Source: a virus
Lineage: Duplodnaviria; Caudoviricetes
Virus record (IMG/VR): IMGVR_UViG_3300033273_000833
Location: 1-64,000 of that record
Reading direction: 5' to 3' (one strand)
DNA length: 64,000 nucleotides
Shown here: positions 56,013 to 64,000 of the stretch, piece by piece
How the letters are laid out: the number at the start of each line of letters is the position of its first letter
Position numbering within the stretch: the stretch's first letter is position 1
The notes under the pieces: generated by a model
What the model was told of the DNA's origin: nothing
What the model saw: only the letters and a program-made list of their open reading frames with translations
Databases searched by the model: none
Translations under genes and position numbers: made by a program

Positions 56013-58570
56013 AATTTAAAGAAAACTTTTCAAACTACGATGATTGTATTGACCCAGGAGTAAAGCTGCCTGAGATCAATATCACTGCAAAACAAAAAAA
56101 AGAATTAAAATGCAATCCTGATTGTTCAAACTTAGACTACCTTAAGGCTTTATGCTGGAAGGGAGTTAGGGATAAAGGTATAGACAAACTCAAGAACAAA
56201 CAAGACTATTATGATAGAGCTAAAACAGAGTTAGAAATTTTAGACAAACTCGGGTTTGTTGACTATATTTTATTGAATTGGGATATTCTTAATTATTGCC
56301 ACGAAAACGATATTCCGACAGGGCCAGGACGAGGCTCTGCTGCAGGTTCCTTAGTTCTTTTTCTCATCAGGGTTACAAACATTGACCCTGTCAAATATGA
56401 TTTATTTTTTGAGAGATTTGTTAGTGAGAGTCGAGCAAAGAAAATTGAAAAAAATGGAGTTACATACTTGGACGGCAGTTTGCTAGCGGATATTGATAAT
56501 GACATTTCTTACGAGCGAAGAAAAGATGTTATCTCTTATATAGAAAATAGGTTTCCAGGCAGGACTGCCAAGATTTTAACGCTAAATACATTGAGTGGTA
56601 AACTCTGCATTAAGGAATGTGGCAAAATTGTAAAAGAGTTATCAGAACAAGATGTCAATCTAGTCAGTTCTTATATACCGAAAAGATTTGGCGAGGTAGC
56701 TCCTTTGAGAGAAGCTTATAATGAGTCTCAAAAGTTCAAGGAATGGGTGGATTCTAACGATAAAATATTTAAAATCGCAAAAAAAATAGAAGGACTCAAC
56801 AAAAATACTGGAGTCCATCCCTCAGGGATAGCAATCTGCCACCAAGAAATCAGTAGAGCTTGCCCCATACAAAAAACCAATGATGGAGCACTCGTTACAG
56901 GCTATGATATGAATTGGGTAGCAGAGTTAATGGTTAAATTTGATATCCTAGGACTAAGAACATTAACAGTTATCCACGACACTTGCAAGCAGTTAAACAT
57001 TTCCCCAGAAAGCATTGATTTAAACTCAAAATCAATTTTTAAACCACTTAAAAATCTAGAAAATCCACATGGTTTATTTCAAATTGAGGCTGACACAAAC
57101 TTTCGGGTGTGTAAAAAGATTAAACCATCAAGTCTAGAAGAGCTTAGTGCCGTTGTTGCTATTGCTCGCCCAGGAGCCTTAGAGTTTATGGATAATTACT
57201 CAGACTATACTCGGACAGGCGACTTTCAAAGCGTACATCCTTTCTTTGATGAAGTCTTAAATTATACAGGAGGCATTCCTCTGTATCAAGAACAGCTAAT
57301 GAAAATGGCAGTTAAAGTCGGGTTTACTCTTGATGAAGCAGAGCAATTAAGAAGAATAGTTGGCAAAAAGAAGGTTAAAGAAATGCCTCAATGGAAATCG
57401 AAAATTGCAGAAAAAATTCGAGAGAAAAATTTAGAAGAAGAGATAGGAGAAGTTTTATGGAAGGTTGCGGAAGATAGCGCTAACTACTCTTTTAATAAAT
57501 CTCACTCTATATCTTATGCAACTCTTGCAGCATGGACAGTTTATTTGAAATTCAAGTATCCAAAACAATTCTTCTTAAGTCTTTTGAAGATGACGGAATA
57601 TGAACCATCTCCACAAGAAGAAATAAGTAAAGTATCTAGAGAATTAGGCTTTTTTAATATACAACTCTTGCAACCTGATTTAATTAAATCAAATATGGAT
57701 TTTTCTATTGAAGGAGAAAACATCAGATTCGGCCTAAATAGCATTAAGGGCGTAAGTAATAAGTCTCTAGCTAATATTAATTCTTTCATTAAAGAAAATG
57801 AAAGTGCTTCCAATAAATTCGAACTATTTCTATGCGCTAAAGAGTGTGGCATAAACATTGGTATATTATGCGGCCTCATACAAGCAGGAGCTCTTCAGAC
57901 AGAAAATAAATCAAGAGCTAGAACCGTACTAGAAGCCCAAGCTTTTAATATATTAACCGACAGAGAGAAAAGATTATTCACTCAAATTGGTTCAGATTTT
58001 AACTATGATATATTAACAGCAGTATCAACGTGCATATCAAAAAACCTTCTCGGAGATAATGGAAAACCTATTATGTCGGAAAAGAGATTTCAAACATTTA
58101 AAACTAAATTAGGCCCATACAAAGAGATCTATGAGAAAAATAAAGCTTATGAACAGTTTGCAAACTGGTATTTCGAAACTAAATTATTAGGTTACAGCTA
58201 TTCTACAACCCTACAGAAAGTATTCAGTACGGATAAAAATAGATTTTATAATACTTATGAACATTCAACCTTTGAAAAAGGCGAAAGAGTTAAGATGGTC
58301 TGCGTAGTGGAAGATGTTTTGTCTGGGGTTAGTAGAAACGGAAATAAGTACATTAAAATGTCTCTGCATGATGAGGTTGGATCAGTTCAAGCTATGATAG
58401 GAGACTTCAGAACACCGAATTTAACTAAATATAAAGACTCAGGAGGAGTAACTCCTAAAAAAGACAATATCGTAATTATTGTTGGTGAAAAAAGCGATGA
58501 CATTATCTTTGTAGACAGGATGTCTATAATGGATGACAGGATCTATATGAAACTTAGTGACTTAAAATAG
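55994..58570 (+). CDS. dnaE: DNA polymerase III alpha catalytic core (no PHP domain)
   Basis: GRGSAAGSLV, DIDND, HPSG, KFDILGL, SFNKSHS; C-terminal OB fold; no intein. Confidence 0.95.
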   Translation: MANRYLKFKENFSNYDDCIDPGVKLPEINITAKQKKELKCNPDCSNLDYLKALCWKGVRDKGIDKLKNKQDYYDRAKTELEILDKLGFVDYILLNWDILNYCHENDIPTGPGRGSAAGSLVLFLIRVTNIDPVKYDLFFERFVSESRAKKIEKNGVTYLDGSLLADIDNDISYERRKDVISYIENRFPGRTAKILTLNTLSGKLCIKECGKIVKELSEQDVNLVSSYIPKRFGEVAPLREAYNESQKFKEWVDSNDKIFKIAKKIEGLNKNTGVHPSGIAICHQEISRACPIQKTNDGALVTGYDMNWVAELMVKFDILGLRTLTVIHDTCKQLNISPESIDLNSKSIFKPLKNLENPHGLFQIEADTNFRVCKKIKPSSLEELSAVVAIARPGALEFMDNYSDYTRTGDFQSVHPFFDEVLNYTGGIPLYQEQLMKMAVKVGFTLDEAEQLRRIVGKKKVKEMPQWKSKIAEKIREKNLEEEIGEVLWKVAEDSANYSFNKSHSISYATLAAWTVYLKFKYPKQFFLSLLKMTEYEPSPQEEISKVSRELGFFNIQLLQPDLIKSNMDFSIEGENIRFGLNSIKGVSNKSLANINSFIKENESASNKFELFLCAKECGINIGILCGLIQAGALQTENKSRARTVLEAQAFNILTDREKRLFTQIGSDFNYDILTAVSTCISKNLLGDNGKPIMSEKRFQTFKTKLGPYKEIYEKNKAYEQFANWYFETKLLGYSYSTTLQKVFSTDKNRFYNTYEHSTFEKGERVKMVCVVEDVLSGVSRNGNKYIKMSLHDEVGSVQAMIGDFRTPNLTKYKDSGGVTPKKDNIVIIVGEKSDDIIFVDRMSIMDDRIYMKLSDLK

Positions 58571-58571
58571 A

Positions 58572-58577
58572 GTGTAA
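58572..58577 (+). promoter_or_regulatory. GTGTAA motif
   Basis: 18 nt upstream of the clpC ATG. Confidence 0.55.
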
Positions 58578-58594
58578 TTTATATATAATATTAT

Positions 58595-61039
58595 ATGAGT
58601 ACAGAACCACAAGCAAATTTTACACCACGGTGTCAAGCTGTAATAAACGAATCTAAAAAGTTATGCTCGAAGCTGAGGCATGACTCAGTTGAGCCAATTC
58701 ATTTATTTTCGTGCGTTATCTCAAATCAATTCAGCGTAATACCTGATTTATTGGCCACATACTCAATAACTATTGACGAGGCAATTACATGCGTTTCAGC
58801 CAATCTTACCAAAGTTAAGCCTATAGACAGAAACAGCACATTTAATATTCATTTTTCGAAAGATTGTAAAGAAGTAATTTTTGCCGCTATAGAGATTTCG
58901 GAACAACTAATGCATCCGTACGTAGGAATAGAACATTTATTAGTTGCTATACTAGAACAAAAAGACTCCCTAGTTTCTTCCACTTTAGAATCTTTATCTA
59001 TTGACTCGAAAGAATTTCATACTTTATTACACAATCAACTTTTTTTAGCTCAAGGAATTGAGTCTATTGGAACAGGCTTTGGTTCACCTTCCTCAAACGT
59101 CAAGAAGTCTAGCAAACAACAACAGCAATCATCCTCTTATCCCCACATAGAAAAGTATTGCAAAAATTTAAATAAAATTGCAGAACAAGATGGTTTTGCA
59201 AAGCTTGTGAGTAAAGAAAATGAACTTAAAGTACTGTGCGAAATATTGTGTCGAAAAAATAAAAACAATCCAATCTTGCTTGGTGAGCCAGGAGTCGGAA
59301 AAACTGCAGTCATCGAAGGCTTGGCCTCGTCTATAGTTGATCAAAGCTGTCCAAACATACTTCTAAACAAAACTATTTTTTCTTTAGATTTAGGTCTACT
59401 AGTTGCGGGAACTAAATACAGAGGTCAATTTGAAGAAAGACTCAAAAAACTTCTCAATGAATTTAAAAACTTTAAAAGCGCAATTTTATTCATTGACGAA
59501 ATACATACAATCATTGGTGCTGGGGGAGCAGAAGGTTCCATGGATGCCTGCAATATTCTTAAGCCAGCTCTAGCTAGAGGAGAGCTTGCTTGCATTGGCG
59601 CCACAACTTTGTCTGAATTCAAAAAGACCATAAGGAAAGACGGAGCAATGTCCAGAAGATTTCACCCAATCACCATAAATGAGCCATCAACATCAGAAAC
59701 TCTAAAAATACTAACTGGAATCTGTCCCTTTTACGAAAAATATCATAAAGTAAAATACGAGAAACAAGCATTAGCTTATTGCGTAAACTTAGCTGAAAAA
59801 TACATTAACGAAGGCAACTTTCCAGATAAAGCAATAGATCTACTTGATCATGCTGGAGCAAAATGTAAAATTAAACACTTTAATATACCAGATACAATAA
59901 AAGATATAGAAAAAACAATATCAGAAAGAATAGATACAACATCTTATTTAACAAACGGAGCGTTGACTGAAGATTTAGAAGATCTGTTTGCAAAATATGA
60001 ATCTATGCTAAAAGATTGGGACGAAGATTACGAAAAAAATTTACCAGTAATTACCAAGGATGATATTTTGAACATAGTATCTGAACAATGCAATATCTCT
60101 ATTAAAGATATGGATGAATCAACAATTGATAAAGCTAAGTCATTAAATAGGTTTTTGTCAAGAAAACTTATAAACCAAAAAGATGCTATAAAATCTTTAT
60201 GCAATTGCCTCAAAAGAAACTTATGCGGACTAAAAGAACCTCACAAGCCCTTTGGATCATTTCTCTTTCTTGGTTCAACTGGAGTAGGAAAAACTTATTT
60301 ATCTAAGCTTTTAGCTTCTCACTTATTCCAGTCGAAAAACTCTTTCATATCAATAGATATGTCTGAGTATTCTGAAAAAAATTCTATATCAAAATTTATT
60401 GGTTCAGCCCCAGGTTATGTAGGTTACGAAGAAGGGGGAGGGTTGGTTGAAAAAATAAGAGCCACTCCTCATGCCGTCATTTTGTTTGATGAAATAGAAA
60501 AAGCCCACCCTGATGTATTGAACGTTTTATTACAAATTTTAGACGAAGGATCTTTAACTGACAACACAGGTTACTCAGCTGATTTTTCTAAAGCAATAAT
60601 TATTGCAACAAGTAATATAGGTTCAGACAAAATAATCGAAAATAAATCAATGGGATTTATGTCTAGTCCAGAAACTCCAGAAGCTTTAGCTATAAAAGAT
60701 CTTGAAAAATCTATGAGGCCAGAATTAATAAATAGATTCGATGAAATTATTGTATTCAATCAATTAAAAGACGATGACTTTAGATCAATTATCAATATTG
60801 AAATTTCCAAAATTAGAGCAATGCTTAAAAAATCTAAACTACAATTATCTGTAGACGAAAAAGCTTTAGAATATTTTTATAATTTGAATTTCGATAAAAA
60901 ATATGGAGCCAGGTTTATATCAAGAACACTAAAAAATGAGCTTCAAAATCCTTTATCTGATTTTATACTCAAAAACTATGGTCTTAAAAAGATCAATGTA
61001 ACAACAGACAAACATGGAAGAAGAATCAAATTACATTAA
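58595..61039 (+). CDS. clpC: ClpC/ClpA-type AAA+ chaperone
   Basis: Two Clp-N repeats; GEPGVGKT / FIDEIH; short middle domain; GSTGVGKT, PGYVGYEEGG, FDEIEKAH; MGF loop. Confidence 0.9.
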   Translation: MSTEPQANFTPRCQAVINESKKLCSKLRHDSVEPIHLFSCVISNQFSVIPDLLATYSITIDEAITCVSANLTKVKPIDRNSTFNIHFSKDCKEVIFAAIEISEQLMHPYVGIEHLLVAILEQKDSLVSSTLESLSIDSKEFHTLLHNQLFLAQGIESIGTGFGSPSSNVKKSSKQQQQSSSYPHIEKYCKNLNKIAEQDGFAKLVSKENELKVLCEILCRKNKNNPILLGEPGVGKTAVIEGLASSIVDQSCPNILLNKTIFSLDLGLLVAGTKYRGQFEERLKKLLNEFKNFKSAILFIDEIHTIIGAGGAEGSMDACNILKPALARGELACIGATTLSEFKKTIRKDGAMSRRFHPITINEPSTSETLKILTGICPFYEKYHKVKYEKQALAYCVNLAEKYINEGNFPDKAIDLLDHAGAKCKIKHFNIPDTIKDIEKTISERIDTTSYLTNGALTEDLEDLFAKYESMLKDWDEDYEKNLPVITKDDILNIVSEQCNISIKDMDESTIDKAKSLNRFLSRKLINQKDAIKSLCNCLKRNLCGLKEPHKPFGSFLFLGSTGVGKTYLSKLLASHLFQSKNSFISIDMSEYSEKNSISKFIGSAPGYVGYEEGGGLVEKIRATPHAVILFDEIEKAHPDVLNVLLQILDEGSLTDNTGYSADFSKAIIIATSNIGSDKIIENKSMGFMSSPETPEALAIKDLEKSMRPELINRFDEIIVFNQLKDDDFRSIINIEISKIRAMLKKSKLQLSVDEKALEYFYNLNFDKKYGARFISRTLKNELQNPLSDFILKNYGLKKINVTTDKHGRRIKLH

Positions 61040-62171
61040 AACATTTCAGGAAGAATTTGAGCCAGACTCACACTCTTTTGTAAATGAATATTTTCAATTA
61101 TTTAAATCTAATTTTGAAAACAATAAGTTACCTAAAGAAATACGGTTCTTGGATGATCATGCTTATAGAATTTCTGCGCCAACCACTAATAAAACATACC
61201 TAACTGCTTTTTTTTCAAAGCCTGGAGAGCAATCTTATATTGGTAAATTTTCTCTAGCAGATGATGGAGCTGATATTAAAAAAGAATATAAAATTTTAAA
61301 GCATCTACAGAAAAAGAAGGTATGCCCAGAAGTATTATATTACGGAGAGCTTGACGATGAATTAGGTGTCAATTTTCTATTCACTACTGTAGAAGGGGTA
61401 GACAACAACCTAAATGGAACCAACCCTCAATTCTGGTGGGATAAAAATAAAGAAGTTTTAATCGATAAACTTTTATGTATTCACAAATATAGAAATGAAT
61501 TGTCTATTTCGTCTCACGATAATATTTTAATAAGTGAGTTTTTCGAAAACATTTTATTTGAAGAAGAGAATCTTTTTGAGTATATATTCCAATCTGATTC
61601 CGATCAATCATTATTTGACTTTATATCTAAATGTAAAGAAATTTCCTTAAAAATATGTTCTAAGCTTGATGCGAAAGATTTGGTATTGTGTCATAATAAT
61701 CTTTGCAAGTCTTCAGTTTTGTTTGAGCCAAATTCGGAAGAGAAATTTAAGTTTATTAATTTTCATAAAGCTATTATCGCTCCTCCAGCTATTGACCTAT
61801 TATCCATTTACCATAGATTATCTCTTGAAGAAGATGATGTATTTAGATCTTTTGATTTAACAAACTTTAGAGAACTTAAGTCTTTGTATGAAAGCCAAAG
61901 TGGTAAAGAAATTGATTTTTCTCAAGACATTAGGTTTTTGAACACTATTCAAAGGATGCTTTTGTTAGTGTACGAAAATAACTTTCCTCCAGTTACGCTT
62001 TTTCAATCTAATCCTTTGTTAAAATTTAGAACTCGCACAGCAGAATTAAAACACTTAAAAGAAAGGTTTCTTTCTATAATTAATCATAAAGACTTTAGTT
62101 ATTCAGATGACTTTTTTGAATACGATAACATGAATAAAATGCCTTTTAAAGAACTATTACTGTATGGATAA
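61014..62171 (+). CDS. APH/choline-kinase-fold protein with degenerate catalytic motifs
   Basis: IGKF, KKEYKIL, PEVLYY; LCHNNLCKSSVLF in place of HxDxxxxN; FINFH in place of DFE. Confidence 0.7.
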   Translation: MEEESNYIKTFQEEFEPDSHSFVNEYFQLFKSNFENNKLPKEIRFLDDHAYRISAPTTNKTYLTAFFSKPGEQSYIGKFSLADDGADIKKEYKILKHLQKKKVCPEVLYYGELDDELGVNFLFTTVEGVDNNLNGTNPQFWWDKNKEVLIDKLLCIHKYRNELSISSHDNILISEFFENILFEEENLFEYIFQSDSDQSLFDFISKCKEISLKICSKLDAKDLVLCHNNLCKSSVLFEPNSEEKFKFINFHKAIIAPPAIDLLSIYHRLSLEEDDVFRSFDLTNFRELKSLYESQSGKEIDFSQDIRFLNTIQRMLLLVYENNFPPVTLFQSNPLLKFRTRTAELKHLKERFLSIINHKDFSYSDDFFEYDNMNKMPFKELLLYG

Positions 62172-62177
62172 TTTGTA

Positions 62178-62205
62178 TTGAATATTTTTATATTATATAT
62201 ATAAT
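62178..62205 (+). promoter_or_regulatory. Possible sigma70-like promoter, near-leaderless
   Basis: TTGAAT-16-TATAAT; ATG at 62211; the AT-rich context weakens the call. Confidence 0.45.
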
Positions 62206-62210
62206 AATTC

Positions 62211-62780
62211 ATGAGTATAGCTCTTTATAAACCAAATAGTAAAAATACTGGAACTGCAGTTAACCTCAGGGTAGGTTCAGGCAAATACAACATACCCGCT
62301 CTTTATATTGGAGCTATTCAGCAGTACAGTTGGGATGAATCAAGGAAGCTTGGATCCTTCAGTGAAAATGCAAAAAACCCAGATAAAACAATTAACATTA
62401 AATTAAATGAGTTTGAATGCGGTGAGATTTTAAACTCCATTAGAGACAGGGTAGAGTACTCAACTTTCCATAAATTCGATGACAACCAAACTGTAATTAA
62501 GTTTACTCCCTGGGATAAGCAAAGAAAAATTTCTAAATATAATCCTCAAACTAAAACTTTTGATGAAAAATCAGTCACCGTAAGCGCATTTGGTTTAACT
62601 ATCACCAGAAATGGAAACCAAAGCTTTAAAATATCAATAGAGCCAGGAGAAGTTAGGGTAATAGAAGAGTTCATTAAAAATTATCTCACTGATTTTTTTA
62701 AATCTAAATCAGAAAACTTAGAAAAAAATAAAGAAAACACTTCTACAACAGAAAGCCTATCAGAAGACCCTCCTTTTTGA
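62211..62780 (+). CDS. Hypothetical protein, possible Whirly/PC4-like ssDNA-binding protein
   Basis: Beta-beta-beta-helix pattern occurs twice (INIKLNEFECGEIL; FKISIEPGEVRVI); acidic tail ending EDPPF. Confidence 0.5.
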   Translation: MSIALYKPNSKNTGTAVNLRVGSGKYNIPALYIGAIQQYSWDESRKLGSFSENAKNPDKTINIKLNEFECGEILNSIRDRVEYSTFHKFDDNQTVIKFTPWDKQRKISKYNPQTKTFDEKSVTVSAFGLTITRNGNQSFKISIEPGEVRVIEEFIKNYLTDFFKSKSENLEKNKENTSTTESLSEDPPF

Positions 62781-64000
62781 TGAAAAAAGTTTTAATCCAC
62801 AGCAATCATTCGAAAGCCTTTACGGGTTTCGGAAAACACACAAAAAACCTTCTTATCTACCTACAAAAAACAGGTAAGTATGAAATTGTGGAGTTTGCTA
62901 ACGGAAGAAAGTGGTCAGATCCATCTCTTTTAAAAATGCCCTGGAAGACATATGGCTCAGCTCCAGATAGCCAGGTTGTAACGGAAAGGGCTGCTCGAGA
63001 CCCAAAACTAAAAAGACACCTAGGTTATGGAGGGATAATGATCGATGAGGTCATAGAAAAAGAAAAGCCTGATGTTTACATTGGAATAGAAGACATCTGG
63101 GCATTTAGCGGTTACTGGGAAAAGCCTTGGTGGAATAAAATAAATCATGCAGTATGGACAACTCTAGACAGTTTACCAATTCTGCCTGAAGCAGTAAATG
63201 CAGCGCCCAGGATTAAAAATTATTTCGTGTGGGCATCTTTCGCTGAAAAAGCAATGCATAAACTTGGTCACGATCACGTTAAAATGATTAGAGGATCTTT
63301 AGATACAGATCATTTTTTCAAGCTACCCAATCAATCACGAATTCAACTTAGGTCATCTTTTAATATTAAAGAGCAAGACTTTATTATCGGATTTGTTTTT
63401 AGAAACCAATTAAGAAAAAGCGTCCCAAATCTGCTCGATGGCTTTAAAATATTTAGAGAAAAAAATCCAACTTCTAACGCAAAATTACTTTTGCATACTA
63501 ATTGGTCGGAGGGTTGGGATATTCCAAGGTTATTAAAAGAAAAAGAAATTGACTCATCACTCATTCTCACCACATACTATTGCCCGAAATGTAAAAATTA
63601 TGAAGTCAAACCTTTTGTTGGTCAACAGCAAAATTGTAAATTCTGTGGCTCAGAAAAAACTCAAAACACTACAGGAGTTAACAGCGGGGTATCAGAAGAT
63701 CAGCTAAACGAAGTATATAATTTAATGGACGTCTATTGCCATCCTTTTACATCAGGAGGCCAAGAAATACCAATACAAGAAGCCAAACTAACAGAGCTAG
63801 TGACTCTAGTAACTAATTATAGCTGCGGAGAAGATTGTTGCACAGATGAAAGCGGAGGCTTACCGCTCAACTGGAAAGAATACAGAGAACCTGGCACACA
63901 ATTTATTAAAGCTACCACAGATCCATTTAGCATATATAAACAATTAAATAAAGTTTTTAATATGAACAAAAAAGACTTAGAAAAAAGGGGTCAACTCGCA
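62780..64000 (+). CDS. GT4-like glycosyltransferase with zinc-ribbon insertion (3' truncated; absent from the ORF track)
   Basis: ATG 62780 overlaps the upstream TGA; reads MKKVLIHSNH..TGFG, RNQLRKSVPNL, CPKC...CKFC, YCHPFTSGGQEIPIQEA; open to the window end. Confidence 0.85.
   Translation, partial: MKKVLIHSNHSKAFTGFGKHTKNLLIYLQKTGKYEIVEFANGRKWSDPSLLKMPWKTYGSAPDSQVVTERAARDPKLKRHLGYGGIMIDEVIEKEKPDVYIGIEDIWAFSGYWEKPWWNKINHAVWTTLDSLPILPEAVNAAPRIKNYFVWASFAEKAMHKLGHDHVKMIRGSLDTDHFFKLPNQSRIQLRSSFNIKEQDFIIGFVFRNQLRKSVPNLLDGFKIFREKNPTSNAKLLLHTNWSEGWDIPRLLKEKEIDSSLILTTYYCPKCKNYEVKPFVGQQQNCKFCGSEKTQNTTGVNSGVSEDQLNEVYNLMDVYCHPFTSGGQEIPIQEAKLTELVTLVTNYSCGEDCCTDESGGLPLNWKEYREPGTQFIKATTDPFSIYKQLNKVFNMNKKDLEKRGQLA

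Noticed and set aside
28533-58570. Inteins or introns in nrdA, dnaB or dnaE
   Set aside because: Lengths and motif spacing are normal; no intein splice-junction or LAGLIDADG motifs seen. The dnaE split lacks split-intein ends.
166-63573. Short antisense or alternative-frame ORFs in the track (e.g. 166..390, 2979..3326, 14530..14973, 30781..31131, 46883..47293, 57541..57879)
   Set aside because: They lie entirely over confidently assigned genes, carry no motifs and lack promoter context; treated as shadow ORFs.
1-64000. Stop-codon reassignment (alternative genetic code)
   Set aside because: Conserved genes are full length under code 11, and TAA, TAG and TGA all terminate genes at expected ends.
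1-64000. tRNA, rRNA or integrase genes; bacterial chromosome origin of the contig
   Set aside because: Intergenic gaps are short and AT-rich with no cloverleaf seen; no recombinase; the replisome and chaperone genes are interspersed with fibre genes and no housekeeping operons are present.

Overview
AT-rich, gene-dense 64-kb fragment most consistent with a large dsDNA bacteriophage. This is inferred: no capsid, portal or terminase genes are in the window, but there are no bacterial housekeeping operons either, and it mixes virion-fibre genes, a phage sigma factor and a self-contained replisome. Left part (1-23.7 kb): repeat-rich fibre/adhesin-like structural genes interleaved with a glycosyltransferase cluster (GT77-like, GT-B, exostosin/GT47, GT2/GT7-like), a GHKL ATPase and a J-domain protein. 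Middle (23.7-47.9 kb): GT4, nuclease, SSB, sigma factor, dUTPase, spermidine synthase, nrdA, Nudix, Hsp20, a secreted protein, a holin-like gene, an EF-hand lipoprotein, a 3565-aa LamG/cadherin/BspA-LRR protein, and nrdB with class Ic (Mn/Fe) signature residues. Right part (48-64 kb): RecA-like protein, DnaB, DnaG, a Cas4/RecB-like nuclease, a DNA polymerase III alpha split into PHP, DEDDh and core genes, ClpC, a pseudokinase, a second SSB-like protein and a partial GT4. Two promoter classes are visible: sigma70-like promoters, often leaderless, and a recurrent GTGTA(A) motif mostly 9-18 nt upstream of 12 start codons. Strand codon bias appears to flip at the 27.3-27.5 kb intergenic region. 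No tRNA, CRISPR array, integrase or reverse transcriptase was seen. A Verrucomicrobiota (PVC) host is a tentative inference. All family assignments are from motif recognition by eye; no database searches were run.
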